Below are positions 26,404-41,148 of a DNA stretch of 64,000 nt, one piece after another. The DNA is from the human T2T-CHM13v2.0 reference genome, Homo sapiens. Position 1 is the stretch's first letter, and each line of letters opens with the position of its first letter. A model generated the notes under the pieces. That model did not search any database and was not told where the DNA came from. It saw only the letters and a program-made list of their open reading frames with translations. Both the position numbers and the translations under genes were made by a program. Location: the NCBI RefSeq assembly GCF_009914755.1, contig NC_060937.1; one strand, given 5' to 3'.

Positions 26404-27478
26404 AGTGGCGGGGCACCAAGGACGGGGCCTGGGCTACCTGCCTTGGTGTAGGAGTTAAGCAGGTACAATTGTACAAAATGTAAAAACAATAATAAAACTA
26501 AAGGTGTATCCATCTATCATCACTATGCACCAGCAATTCTAAGCAAAATCATTGATAAAACTCTCCTTCCTCATAACAATCTTTTGCTGATCTAAATTCT
26601 AATTGTTGCCATTACTGTTAAGATTTAATAATATGTATGTAATCTTCAAATTAGCATATTCTGTTGCTTACCCTTTAACAAACATTTTATGTGGCAACTG
26701 ATTTGGAAAATTTCTAGCTTTATACAGTCTGCCCCAGCTCTCTCTCACACATGACTTAGCTGCACACATTTGTTCTGATTTGAGCTTGCTTTGGATACAG
26801 TGTCTCCAGCCTCCTGTAGCACTACATATATTCTGCATTTCTATACTAGATTCAAAATAAACAATGACAGCACAGTTTTGCAAAGACGATGAACTAGAAC
26901 TTGAGCTACTTCCATTCATCCCACAGGACCACTCTGAGAATTTTTATGTTTAAAATTTAAAACAATGAAACATTTTTAGTTGGCAAGTGAAAATTTTAGT
27001 TCATATGTGAAATATGTTTACGTTTCAGTATTTTTAAAATTGAAAATTTTCTTTATAGATTGCTTGCTTTAAAACTAAAAGACAAATCAAGAAAATGTTA
27101 CATCAGAGACACAATACTTGCCTAAATTGTGCCCTTTGCATTTGGTTTTATTAATACTTATGATTTACTGGACAATTATTTATATACAGCAATATGTTAA
27201 CTATAATCAAGAATCAAAGTTCTAACTGTTAGGTAAAGTAAAGAAAACTACTGAATAGATAGTTGCAATTTTTTCCTTTTATCACACTATTTAATTTTCT
27301 TACTGGCATAAATATACATGAAGTTCAAAAGAAAAAAATTTTAGTCTGCATTTCTTTCTTGGCCATTATTATTCATTCCATTTTATGATAATTAATGAAA
27401 ATAATGTTGTCTAAATTTAGAGGAGGAAATATTTAAAAAAGGATCCTCTGAGTGTTAAATTTCACTAGGTGCACAATT
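26404..27478 (+). mobile_element. MER97-like hAT-Tip100 DNA transposon, near full length
   Basis: Matches recalled MER97 segments: agtggcg..accaagg..gggg; aaaaacaataataaaac; atcactatgcaccagcaattctaa; aaataaacaatgacagcacagt...gaacttgag; and 3' ctgagtgttaaatt..ctaggt. Confidence 0.65.
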
Positions 27479-29653
27479 ATCAGGCAGCCAGTGCCTGAGA
27501 CGGGGAGAGTCATGACCTTGGCCTGTTGGGCTAGGGGCTGGGGAGAACTGTTTCATCAGACAAGATTTTAGAGACCATTTCCTTTGCTTGAATGTACCCC
27601 TGGGAGGGACTGGTGTGAAAGACAGATGCTTCGTGGCATTCCCATAATCCACTGGAGTTATTAATCATGATATACTATATCCCAATATGGCAACATTATT
27701 CTGAAAAGAAATATAGTCAAGGACTGGCAAAAAGGCAAAAATGAAGCTGCATGTCGGCATTTCAAAGGCTAGCGTGATTAGCTCCATTATCAGCTTGCTG
27801 TGCAAGCTTGAACAAGCTACTGCTCTGGTCTCCTCTTTTCCCCAAGCCTTCTATCCTTACAACTGCCAAATGAGGAATTATTGATCATTCACAAAGCAAG
27901 ATATCAATGAATTTCTTGACTACAGAACACAGTAAAGGTAGATGTAAAAGTGGTTTGGAAGGCTCTAAAATCTATTTTCTCTTCTACAGATGATTTTCTT
28001 AACACTGTAATTTGCAGGGTCATCTCAGGTTCCCGTTTTTCACTTTCTTCACATGTTAAATAAATATAAGAATACTTACCAGTGGGATATTGTATGACTA
28101 AAGAACATGTGTTAAGTATGTGATGCTCCTTGAATGACAAAAGGTGCCCGCTGAGTTAAATGAAAGTGCTGTCATTATCCTCTTTGCAAAAATGGAAACA
28201 CTAAGACCCACGAGGTGAAGTGACATTTAAGTCATATGAGTGGGCAGTACTGGGGATTAATATTCAGAGAGAAAGGTCGGTTGTTCAGCCCCAGCCTAGC
28301 CATGCTGGGTGCACTCCTTCAGCCCATGCTGAAAACATAGGCCAGCCAACTTGAATTAACACCATTCATGCAATTCACAAGAGAAGGTGTCAAATACCTT
28401 GCTGAAGTAGGAACATGTATCAGTGACATTCTCTCCCTTGCCTTTGCTGGCAGTTCTTCTGCAAATGGTAATCCAATTTGCTTGGATTTATTTATTCTTA
28501 TCACTTTTGTTTTTTGCAATTATGTGAGGTGGTCATCACCCATCCTCTGGGCACGTGTACAGTTGTTAATGTAGAAATTTAAAATATTAACATGCTTTCC
28601 AGCCAGGTTGGCCCATTTACTTCAATCAAATAAGAACTTGATGGAACAGCTGGGTCTTGCACTATGCCCTGAAGGCCTACAGAAATTTGTTCTTTCTTTA
28701 CAGATTTTATAACCTAGTCATGATCAGAGATTACAGCTAGAAAAACCCCTATGGGTGACTTGTAGCCAAAGACCTGTGGCCCTCTTTGGAGGTACCTTTT
28801 GCAAGCGATCTGGGCCTCATTCAGTTTAACCACTGGAGAACCAAACAATAACTTGTTTTAGCATCATTAACAACAGATATTACCATCATCACTAGTCTCT
28901 TTGGTTGCAGGTTTAGGAAAGAAGCTTTTGCCTTAATCATTATGGAATAAGAATGTGTTGGAGTCCAGAGAGCTTTTAGTTGAATCTTAATGGTGAGAGT
29001 TGCAATGATCTAGCCTGTTTTGCAGATCAGTGAAGAGAGAAAATACAGCTGAAGGTCTGATCCATCAGCCATAGATGTCTGACTAAGGATGGAAAACTTT
29101 ATTATGGATTTAGAAGGTCTGTATCACCTATATTACTTAACTCCTGATAATTGTAGAACTTTAGTGAAGTTAATCCAATGATTACAATATTCCCAATTTT
29201 TCTTTGTTAATACAAGTAAACATTTTTACAACTAGGAGAATCACACATTTAGGAGCAGGGTAAAGAGAGAAGAATAGCTCTGAACTTAGCACATTTAATC
29301 TTTAGGTGGCTCTGGAACAAGATATGTAAATAAATGGGCACATTCATCAATCACTAAGGGAAGTGAGAGGGAGAGGAAGTTTGCTCCTTCCCCCAAAGTT
29401 TCCAAGTTATTTAAACACATTTAGGCTGGTCTGGAACCCAACATTTTAGGAATGTCAGAGTAACTAGAACCTTTGGAGGTCTCCAAGTTTCACCTATGCC
29501 CTAATCCAGGGTCAAGCCCTGGATAAACTGGTGAGGGCTGCATTAGACAGGAACAGTTTCCCCATAGGCTTTCAACCACCTATAGCAACTACTGAACCTC
29601 TGAACTATCTCAGATTTGCCCTGTCTTTGAACTTCAGACTCTCTGTAAGGAAA

Positions 29654-29684
29654 AATAATAATAATAGCAGCAGCAGCAGCAGCA
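29654..29684. repeat. Compound (AAT)4(AGC)6 microsatellite
   Basis: aataataataatagcagcagcagcagcagcag read directly. Confidence 0.85.
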
Positions 29685-30902
29685 GAAAACCTCAACAAAT
29701 ACTGCCATTGTGAAATGTGCCACATATTCTTAATACCTGCTGCTGAAATCTATCTGGCAAAATACAATACAGCACCACCATCTTGCATAGACTCCAAAGT
29801 GTAGAAAATTATCATCTTAAACCAATCTCCTCTGCTTCAGAAACATTAAATATAGAAAGCATTAAAGAAGTGAGCCGAGTTAGACCTTTTGCAATAAATG
29901 GTGTCAGCATGGCCATGAATGATAACAGCAAAAAAGGCCTCCAAGATATGAAAATTAAGAGAAATTAGAGCCCCAGCTTCACACTTATTATTAATATCCA
30001 CATGCCTGTGATGAAGTGCTCCTCTAGCTTTAGCAGTCCCCCTACTCTCAGTTGGCAATTGCATACATTTTAACATTGCATGTGATGTTTACCCGTGAAA
30101 ATTTCCAATCACAAGTTTTGCTGAAGTCATCTGAAAGTCCAGCTGCTCACAGTGATGGCACAAAAAAGATGATCATTTGTGATATATGGGTATTTAAGTT
30201 TTCACTGTAGAAATACGGGAGGGATAACACCAAGGTTAGTGTTGATGACTTTTCAAAAGGGAAGAATAGGGAGACCACGTTTTTAGGGTCTGCTGGTAGA
30301 CTTTATGTAGCAATCTTTTTCTGCTTCCAGGGACAATTTGAAAATGTAAATCATGATACAAAGCAAGTGACATAAATCAGTTGCATTCTAGTCCAAGTGA
30401 TTATATGAGGATTGAAAGAGATTATATCGGGATTAATCTGGGAAGGTTAAAAAAATCACATTTTGTCACTGAGGTTGCTGGGGATAACCTTTAACAGGAT
30501 AAGAAAGTTCCTTTCTATTCCAAGTTGTTAAAACCTTCATTTTTCTTGGTTGTTTTAGTTTAAAATCATGAATGGATATTTGGTGGCCATCAAAATGTTT
30601 GTATTATTCTGGTTTTGCCTGTTAATGAGATCTATTACATTGATAGATTTTTCAAATGTTGAACTTACCTTGCATTCCTAGAATAAATCCAATTTGGTGA
30701 TTTATAAAATACCAGATTAATTTTGCTTTTCTAAAGGAATTATAAATCTTTGTTTATAACTGAGCCTGGCCTATAATTTTTTGATTTTAACTTTTAACTG
30801 TCCTTGTTTTATTTCAGTATTAAGTATACTAGCCTTACGAATTAGTTGGAAAGTGTGTCTTCCTTTTGTGTTCTCTGAATGAGTTAGTTAAAGATTGGTA
30901 TT

Positions 30903-31198
<296 letters not shown>

Positions 31199-31269
31199 TA
31201 AATGTTTGGTAGAACTTGCCTATAAAGCAATTTTGGGTCTGTTGCTTTGATATAAAATTTTAAGCTATT

Positions 31270-31594
<325 letters not shown>

Positions 31595-31898
31595 TCAGTT
31601 TTGATTAGTTATTTTTTCCTATTGAAATTTGTCTGTATCTCCAAAGTTAAAAAATTGTCATAAAACTATTCCTAATATTCTTATATTTCTTTAGTCTCTG
31701 TTGCATCTATAGTTATACCTTATTTTTAATACTGTTTTTAGGTTGTTCTCTTTTTTTCTTGATACATGTTGCCAAAGATTTTCCATTTTATTCATCTTTT
31801 CAAACATTTGGCTGTGTTGATCTTCTCTATTGTATGGTTGGTTGCTATTTTAGTTATTTTTATTCTTTGTATTATCCCCTCTACTTTGTGTTTATTAT

Positions 31899-32205
31899 TT
31901 TTTGTTTGTTTATTTGAGACAGGATCTCACTCTGTTACCCAGGCTGGAGAATACAGCGGTGTAATCATGGCTCACTACAGCTTTGACCTCCCAGGCTCAA
32001 GGGAATTATCCCACCTCAGCTTCCCAGTTATCTGGGACCACAGGCACGTGCTACTATGCCTAGCTAATTAATTTTTTTTTTTTTTGTACAGATGGGGTCT
32101 CAGTATGTTGACCAGGCTGGTCTCAAACTCCTGGGCTCAAGCATATCCTCCCGCCTTGGCCTCCCAAAGTGTTAAAATTACAAGTGTTAGCAACTGTACC
32201 TGGCC
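31899..32205 (-). mobile_element. Alu (AluJ-type)
   Basis: Reverse Alu consensus from tttgagacaggatctcactctg to gtacctggcc. Confidence 0.92.
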
Positions 32206-33224
32206 TATTTTTTTTTCAATAGAAATTGGATGCTTACCTCACTGTTACTAGTTTTTTTTCCTAAAACAAAGTTTTAAATTTTTCCTTTAAGTTCTGCTTT
32301 AGCTGCGTCCCACAAGTTTTGATATATTATGTTTTAATTATCAATTACTTCTAAGTATTTTTAAGTTAATTCTGATTTCTTTTTGAAGCTGTAAAAATGA
32401 TGTATGTTTTAAACTTTCCAGATATACAAAATTTATTTTAGTTATTTTTGGCACTGATTTCTAACAATTTAGTGTGGTCAAAAAAATACAATACCACTCT
32501 TTTGACATCTGTTGAGATTTGCTTTAAGGCCTAGTATGGGATTAATTTTTGTAAATGTTCCCAGTATATTTGAAAAGTATGATTTTCTTTATATGTCCTA
32601 CATATTGAGCTTATAGTAGTATATATTTACAATGTTATGGACTTCACAGTTAGGCCTTTACAAAAACTTCCTGAAAGTGAAGTTAAGTGGCACTGAAGAT
32701 AAGAAATACAAACCGTTAGGAAAGAAATATAAACACCAGAGAGAAGAGGACAAGGTGCACGGAGAATGAGAGAACAAAATCATGGCATACCACCCTATGT
32801 TTAAATGACTGAAAAATGTGTAACACACTGACTCAGCAAATGACTCAGTATAAAATGTAAATCATGGGTGGAAATATACATATCTTAATACCATGAATGA
32901 GAATTCCAAAGCTGGCCAACGAAAGCCACTCTGACTGAATCTGAGTGATACCTGGTTTAAAATAAATTAAGATGGTAATGGTGGTGGAGGGCATAAAAAA
33001 TAGAATGCAGTTGTCTGGTGGGTCAGCAGGATGAATTAAGAGAACAAAAGGAAGAAGAAAATATGATAATTTATTTTTATCTCTTTGAAAAGTCACTGTG
33101 TTGGTCTTTCATTTATAAGCGCTACTTATTACACTCTTCCTTGGAAACTTACTGACAAAGTTCAAATATACTTTCTTCTTTATTTTCTTCCCCAGTAAAT
33201 AAGGCTGTTGTGGCTATTTGTTAA

Positions 33225-33226
<2 letters not shown>

Positions 33227-33275
<49 letters not shown>

Positions 33276-33430
33276 GGGAGATAGGAATAGAGACAGAGAC
33301 ACAGAGAAGAAACAGAAAGCGCAAAAACTGGAAACTGGAGAGGTAATGAGAGGCAATTATAAAAGAGGAGATAGAAATATGTAGAGAAGGAGAGTCAGAG
33401 ACACAGAGAGAAGAAACAGAAAGTACAAAA
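33227..33430. repeat. (GT)n microsatellite followed by a GA-rich low-complexity tract with a repeated agagacacagag(ag)aagaaacagaaag unit
   Basis: Read directly from the sequence. Confidence 0.85.
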
Positions 33431-34019
33431 ACCAGACAGTAATTACCAGATGGAAGAAGCTGCACATAGATAAGAACTTGACCATGCAGGGTGTATTCAC
33501 TGATCAATTGAGTGAGATGGGTGGTCTGTAAAGTGAGGAACAGATTGGGCACTAACTTGTTTAAGTTTCCCTTGATGACTATTCAGGGTGCTTTGTTAAA
33601 CAGAGGAGAAAACATAGTCTTTAACTAACCATCTAACATCTTGGAACTGAATTCCCAATTCCACACTTTGGTTACAATTCCAGACACTTTAACTGACTAA
33701 GTTTGGCTGTTCTATTGGCCAGTATTTAAAAATGATTAACACTCTATGTTTATATATATATGGAGAAAAAGACTGAAAGGCTATATGTAAATGTTAGCAA
33801 TAGTTATATCTAGGTAGTGACATTATGAATGATTTTTATTTCCTTTTATATGGTTCTTTTATGTTTCCAAGTTTTGTGCATTGAGCATAAATTCTTTTGT
33901 AAAATGAAAAAATAAAACAAAAATTTAAATGACAAACCGAGACCCAGGAAAACTGCTACTCCCACCTATATTTCTCTTCCTCTGTGCTTTCTCTTAGTCA
34001 TATAAGAAGGATTTTTTTT

Positions 34020-34284
34020 GCCGAGGCAGGCAGATCACCTGAGGTCAGGAGTTCGAGACCAGCCTGGCCAACATGGTGAAACCCTGTCTCTACTAAAAAT
34101 ACAAAAATTAGCTAGGCATGGTGGCAGGCACCTGTAATCCTAGCACTCAGGAGGCTGAGGCAGGAGAATAGAATAGCTTGGACCTGGTAGGCAGAGGCTG
34201 CACTGAGCCGAGATTGCGCCACTGCACTCCAGCCTGGGTGACAAGAGTGAGACTCTGTCTCAAAAAAAAAAAAAAAAAAAAAAA
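34020..34284 (+). mobile_element. 5'-truncated Alu (AluS-type)
   Basis: Starts at gccgaggcaggcagatcacctgaggtc and ends in a long A-tail. Confidence 0.93.
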
Positions 34285-37200
34285 GAGGAATTCCCCCCCC
34301 TTCTTCTTTCTTCTTTGTTCCAATGCTGTATTTCTTTGTCCCCCCATCAAATTTCTCCCTGCATTTTCTTCACTGCTTTCATTTCTGATGAGAAGGAAAT
34401 TGGCTGGTCTTCCTAATCCTGTTGCCTCTCCTAGCCAGCTGCATAGAGGAAAGCCCTGGAGCATGAAGACCCCCAACTGCGGCCGGAGTTGAAATGGGTA
34501 ATTACATCAGTCTGGCTGGGAGCAGGACACCTGCTATAGACAGCCAACCATGTTGCTGGCAGGGTTCAGGGCTTCAGTGTGAATGAGTCGGCTTCTTGGC
34601 ATTGGTAGACTAGAAAGAAATGAAGTCAAAGCCAGACCACAAGGAATCATTTTAGTGTCCATAGCTGGAGGGAGAAAGATGACAATGGTCAGCGTGGTAG
34701 GCCAGTATATGTCTGCAGCAAAAGTCCGCTTTGATGTATTACATTTAAGAAAAGATCCATTTCACTATAAATCTCGTACTCATCATGTGATATAGACTGT
34801 AAGTCAGGAGGCAGTTTCCAAAAGAGGCAGTGAAAGGGAAGGTCATTCAAAGGTCATTTAAAGACTGCCAGGAACACAGTGTTGGGAAAAGGAGAGTTCC
34901 TTTATCCTGGGAATGGAAGTCTACTGGAGAGTCAGGATTTCCCATTGCAGACATCAGGGAAAGCAGCAAAAAGCAGAAGTCAAATGATTTTAATAGTCTG
35001 CAGGGCAATGCCATTATTTTTGCCCCTGGCTCCTACATTGATTTGTCTGCTAGCCTCATTATTTTGAGAAGGAATGATTACTAATGAGGATGCATTTGAT
35101 GATCAAATTAATTAATGGCAGAGCAGGATAACTAATGATGAGATGAAGCCTCTCATAGTTAAATTTTATTAGGGCTTCTCTTCCCCTTCCCAGAAGTGAA
35201 TTCAGAGATTTATTTTCATGATTCAAATTTAATAAAAGCTGCATCTATGTTACTTTCCTTTCGCAGGTTCTTGCTCTGCTAATGCAAAGACCAAATTAGG
35301 GGCTATGACACAGAGTCAGAAAATAGGCAATGGGTTTTTGCCAGTAATATTTTAGCAATCTATCTCCAAGCATATGAAGGAGGGAACTTCTTGTCTTCTG
35401 CTGTCTTGATGACTGCAGTTCTGAAGCACTGCTTTCAGGGTACACTCTGGAAAGCCATGGTGTGGGGTTATAGAGGGAACACAGGGGCTCAGACAGGCCT
35501 AGGCTGCAGTTCTGACTCTACATGGTGTACCTGTGCCCTGGGTCAGTCACCTGACACCTCTAGGTCTCAGTTTCCTACTTGACACACTGGGACAGTCACA
35601 TACCCCTGAGTTGTTGTGAGGACCGCATAAAATAACATGAAGGTGCTTTTGTGAGTTAACTGGAGAGACTGGCCTTCCTGTTGTAAGGGGCATTGGAGTA
35701 AACAGCACAGGCCACCCTGTGTCAGGAAATTATGACCTAGACTTGTCCCGACTAACTCTGTGAGCCTGAGTCTTCTTTTAAGCCTCAACATCTTTTCATA
35801 TTTTCACCTGGAATATGGCAATGACAGTTCACACTTGTGAGTAGCTTTTCAAAATGTCCTCACGTACATGATCACATGTGATGTATGATTTTATCGTAGC
35901 AAGCCCTTACTGAGGTTGGAGGCACCTGGTCTCCAGGAGAAGAACTGGAGGTCCAGACATCCTGAGTTTCCCAAAGAAGTACAGAAAACAAACAGTGAAG
36001 CTGAAGTCACATTTTCCTTCTACTAGTTCAGTGTTTTCATTTCATTATTCATGCCCTTAGGTGGCATCAGTACGGCTTATCTTCTTCCTCATCTTATGAC
36101 CTCTGGTCAGTGAAGACGGCAAGATACTCAGTGGGCCATCCTCACTCAAAACTGCTAAAAAACATATAAGGAGGCTTCCTCTCATCTTCATTTTTAGTCT
36201 TTGTATCTTGTCCAGAATCAAAAGGAAAAGTGCTCTGAAAACTCCCAAACCTCTTACAGATGTCATGTGTGATCCTTTCAAACAGGTAGGGCTTTGTAAT
36301 GTAAAGCCCTGGGCCGAGAATTGGAGAATTGGTTTCTATTTCTGGTTCCAAATGGAGCCAACCGTTCCTTCAAGAGTCTCACACTGAAGTGAGATACTTA
36401 CCTTCTTAGGATGTACCAGGAGTGTAATCTGCAAATGTCAGAAAATGCACACACTGCCAGCAGGAACCCTACAAATGACCTTGAACAGCCTAAAGAAAGG
36501 TGCCAAGGAATTATGAGGATTATCATCTTGTGGCCTGTTATTATAATGCACCATCCCAATATTCTTGGCCGAGGAATGGATAAAAAATGAAATTACAAAC
36601 CCTGGAATAGTTAAAGGAAGACCATGGTGGACCCCAAATTTGGCAACTCTTGTGAACCTTGATGTTTAAGTCACTAAACCTTTTTAAAGCCGTGTAATCT
36701 GAGAGATGTACATGTTTTAAGATTTTTCTGATTCTAGTAAAATGTCGGTGGCTTTTAATATGAATGTGGGAAATGTCTTCTGCATTTCCCACAGCCATAT
36801 TCTATTCTATCCTATTCAGAAAGAAAGAAACTTAATCTGGGTTGTCGAAGAATCAGATAAACATGGGGTATGTCTTTGCAGCCACAGCTTGTAAAGACTC
36901 CAGGTTTTTATATGTGTATGTCTATTTATACATACACATATTTATTTTTTGAGCTTTTTAAAGCTGAATATTTGACTACTTGTACATGAGAGTCTAAGAG
37001 AAAACTCCTTTCTCTACACTGTTAATAAGATTTTCTTGCCCTGTCCAGTGATACTGAATTATTTTCTGCACTAATGTATAATCTGTCATATATTAAAGAT
37101 ATTAGGATATCATTCTTCCTGAATGAGCCAATAACCAGATCATTGTGTATGGGCTATTCCTTCCTTCTAATTGAACATTTTTGAGGCTCATGAACTCTAC

Positions 37201-37314
37201 TTAGAAGGTAGATCCTCCTGATACATTGCAACTTAATTTCCAAACTTTCTATCTTTAGTTTTTTTTTACATTCTACATCTAAGTATTTACATCTTTCATA
37301 ATGGCTCTTAAAAT

Positions 37315-39194
37315 TAGTAAAGTTTCAGGATACAATAACTGTGTACAAAAATCAGTAGCACTTCTATTCACCAACAACATCCAGGCTGAGAGTGAAATCA
37401 AGAATACAACCCTACTTACAATAGCCACGAAGAAGATAAAATACCTAGGAATACAGCTAACCAAGGAGGCGAAAGATCTCTACAAGGAGAACTATGAAAC
37501 ACTGCTAAAACAAATCAGAGACAACACAAATAAATGGAAAAACACTTCATGCTCATGGGTTGGAAGAATCAATGTCATAACAATGTTCATACTGCCAAAG
37601 GAATTTACAGATTCACCACTATTCCTATCAAATTACTAATGTCATTCTTTACAGAATTAAGGAAAACTATTATAAAATTCATATGGAACCAAAAAGAGCC
37701 CCAAACAACCAAAGCAACTCTAAGCCAAAAGAACAAAGCCAGAAGCATCACACTACCTGACTTCAAACTATATACTAAAAAACCACAGCAACCAAAACAG
37801 CATGGTACTGGTACAAAAACAGACACCTAGACCAATGGAATACAACAGAAAACTGAGAAACAAAGATACACACTTAACAACCATCTAATATTTGACAGGA
37901 CTGACAAAAACAAGCAATGGGGAAAGGACTCTCTGTTCAATAAATGGTTATAGGATAACTGACTAGCCTTAGACAGAAGATTGAAGCTGGACTCCTAACC
38001 TTTCACTGTCTACAAAAATTATTAACTCAAAACAGGTCAAAGATTTAAATGCAAGACCTCAAACTATAAAAATCCTAGAAGCCAATCTGGAAATTCTCTT
38101 CTCGACTTTGGCATTGGCAAAGATTTTTTGGCTGAGTCCCCAAAAGCAATTGTAACAAAACCAAAAATAGACAAGTGGGACCTAATTAAACTAAAGAGCT
38201 TCTGCAAAGAAAAAGAAACTATCAACAGAGTAAACAGACAACCTACACAGAGTGGGAGAAGATATTCACAAACTATGCAGCTGACAAAGGCCTAATACCC
38301 ACAATCTCTAGGGAACTTAAATCAACAAGCAAAAGCCAAATAACCCCATTAAAAAATGGACAAGGCACATGAACAGATACTTCTCAAAAGAAGACACACA
38401 AATGGTCAACAAACAAACATATGAAAAAATGCTCAGCATCACTAATCATCAGAGAAATACAAAGCAAAACCACGAAGAGATACCATCTCACACCAGTCAG
38501 AATGGTTATCATTAAAAAAGTCAAAAACAACAGATGCTGGTGAGGATATGGAGAAAAGGGAACACTTATACACTGTTGGTAGGAATATAAATTAGTAAAG
38601 CCACTGTGGAAAGCAGTCTGGAGATTTCTCAAAGAACTTAAAACAGAGCTATCATTCGACCCAGCAAGGCCATTACTGCGTGTATACGTAAAGGCAAAGA
38701 AATCATTCTACCAAAAAGACACATGCACTCACATGTTCATTGCTATGCTATTCACAATAGGAAAGACACAGAAGCAACCTAGGTGCCCATAAATGATAAA
38801 TTTGATAAGGAAGATGGGATATACATATATATATACACACACACATACCACAGAATACAACTACAACCATAAAAAAGAATGAAATCATGTCCTTTGCAGT
38901 AACAGGGATGTAGTTGGAGGCCTTAATCCTAAACAAGTTAACATAGTAACAGGAAACCAAATACTGCATCTTCTCAATTATAAGTGGGAGCTAAACACTG
39001 AGTACACATGGACATAAATATGGGAGCGACAGACACTGTGGGCTGCTATAGGGGAGAGAGGGAGAAGGGCACGGCTGCTGGATACTATGCTCACTACCCA
39101 GGTGATGGGATCTGTACGCTAAACCTCAGCATCACGCAATATTCCCATGTAACAAATCTGCACATGTACCCTCTGTATCTAAAATAGAAGTTGA
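37315..39194 (+). mobile_element. 5'-truncated L1 (older L1PA15-17-like): ORF2 C-terminal part plus 3' UTR
   Basis: ORF2 peptide remnants ([21 protein letters not shown]..., ITLPDFKLY) and 3' end aaacctcagcatcacgcaatat...aaaatagaagttga. Possible TSD gctctta(a/g)aat at 37304-37314 and 39515-39525. Confidence 0.9.
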
Positions 39195-39508
<314 letters not shown>

Positions 39509-41148
39509 TTAAAAGCTCTTAGAATACAATTTATCATTACCAAATGTTGAATTTTTCTTTTAAAGGGGTTTCTCTTTTTCCATTTTTCTTGTCCTTCTAT
39601 GCTTGTGCATTTTCCTTTGAAAGCGGTTTTTAACTGGAGAGGAAGAACTGTTTGTTCTTCTGCATCCCTCACTACTTCTGCACATCCTTCCCATCCCTGT
39701 GTCTGGAACGGACTCTACTGTTCTGTGTCCTGCACATGCATGGGGGCTTAGGCGTGCCCTGCTCTGGACCATTAGTCCTGCCACCTTCTCTTCTAGAACA
39801 GGGAAACAGAAATAGTGTGGAGAGCAAGTTCACTATCTATCTTTGTTCCATATTTCAACCTCTTCATGTCACCTTTTCCTATTTGTCTTCCTTTCTCACT
39901 TTCAGAAACTATTTTACTTTGTGCATCTGCCTCTTCTTGCTGATTCAGCTATCTTCACTCCAAAGTGTGCCACCTTAAGTTCCCTTGTCCTTCCTCCTAG
40001 ACATTCATGAACCTGCTTGCTGTTCCTCCTTTCTCTATATGTTTCCGGGCAGCGAGAACAATTTGCAATACTCTCCATGCTTCCCACTGCACCACTTCCC
40101 CCTGCCCCACCCCAGCCACATGGTAACCAAGAATTCATTCAAAGACTGGGTTAAAGGTAAAGGCCCCCGAAACAGGCTCCTGTTCAAGATGTCAGAGGCA
40201 ATGTATGTGTTTGTATTTTCTTCCTCCAGAGACTCAATTAAAATATCTGTCAATGAATAAACTTACAAAAACAAGGAGAAAGGAAAGTGAGTTCCAGGAG
40301 TTCCTAGTGTATGACAGGTTCTGGCATTCAAGGGATCCCCACATCTCCTTAAAATGAAGCCTGCCTGTCAAAGAGCTCTTGGCTGGCCACTGCCCAGGAG
40401 AAAGACTCGGCCACGCAGCAGATCCAGACACAGCAATGAGCAAAGCCACAGAGCTTCACAGAAAAGCAAACCAAGCCCTCCACACCTAAATATACACAGA
40501 CTGCCAGCCATCACCTTGCTCATGAAGAAACCTGTACATAAAAGAGAGAGACTGAAACACAATAGCTAAACAACTAATCCTGGAGTAAAGAGAGATGATT
40601 CAGGAACCACAAAGATCTTAAAAATCCTACTTAGTATTCTTAAAAAGATTTGAGAAGATACTGCACCCATAAAATACGAATAAGATTGCATGAGAAGATA
40701 ATGATTAGAGGACAAAATAACCTCTTGAAAATAAAATAATATGATTACCAAGCAGAAACTTCAATTGGAAGGATCAAAGATAAAGTTAAAATGGAAGATA
40801 CTAGGAAAAAGATGATGGGCATGGAGCGCCCACCTATTAGGTCCATTATCTGACTGGTGGGTATTTCAGATAGAAATTAAAAACAGAAGACAAAAGTGAA
40901 AAATGATCAAGAAAAAGGAAAGCCTCCTGTCACAAACTCTGGTGACACTCTGTGCTCCTGCCTGCAGCCCTGCATTTGCTCAGTTCTCTGGAGCACTACC
41001 TTCTGAAGTTGGCTGGGAGCATCTGGTCTGCTGCACTTTTGAGGCTTTCCACAATTTTTAAGGGACAAGGTTTAAAAAAAAAAACCCTATAAAATATTAG
41101 TGAATATGCTCATTTTATCTCTTTCCCTAAAGCTTTCTAATCATTAAA

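Noticed and set aside
26396-26412. CTCF-like motif GCAGCAAGTGGCGG
   Set aside because: It mismatches a near-invariant core G and overlaps a transposon terminus.
25929-26513. 194-aa minus-strand ORF with a hydrophobic N-terminus
   Set aside because: It starts inside the MER97-like transposon, has no recognisable homology and has random-looking composition.
29654-29684. (CAG/CTG)6 as a possible expansion locus or poly-Ser ORF
   Set aside because: Short and intronic, with no coding context.
30669-30677. 9-nt in-frame pseudo-microexon (tttattctag|GAATGCAAG|GTAAGT on the minus strand)
   Set aside because: It lies within old L1 sequence, with a poor pyrimidine tract and no upstream UGC. It shows that such AG/GT pairs arise by chance, which also tempers the 27-nt candidate.
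39560-40920. Possible ancient L1/HAL1 ORF1-like remnants on both strands
   Set aside because: Too diverged to assign by eye; needs RepeatMasker.
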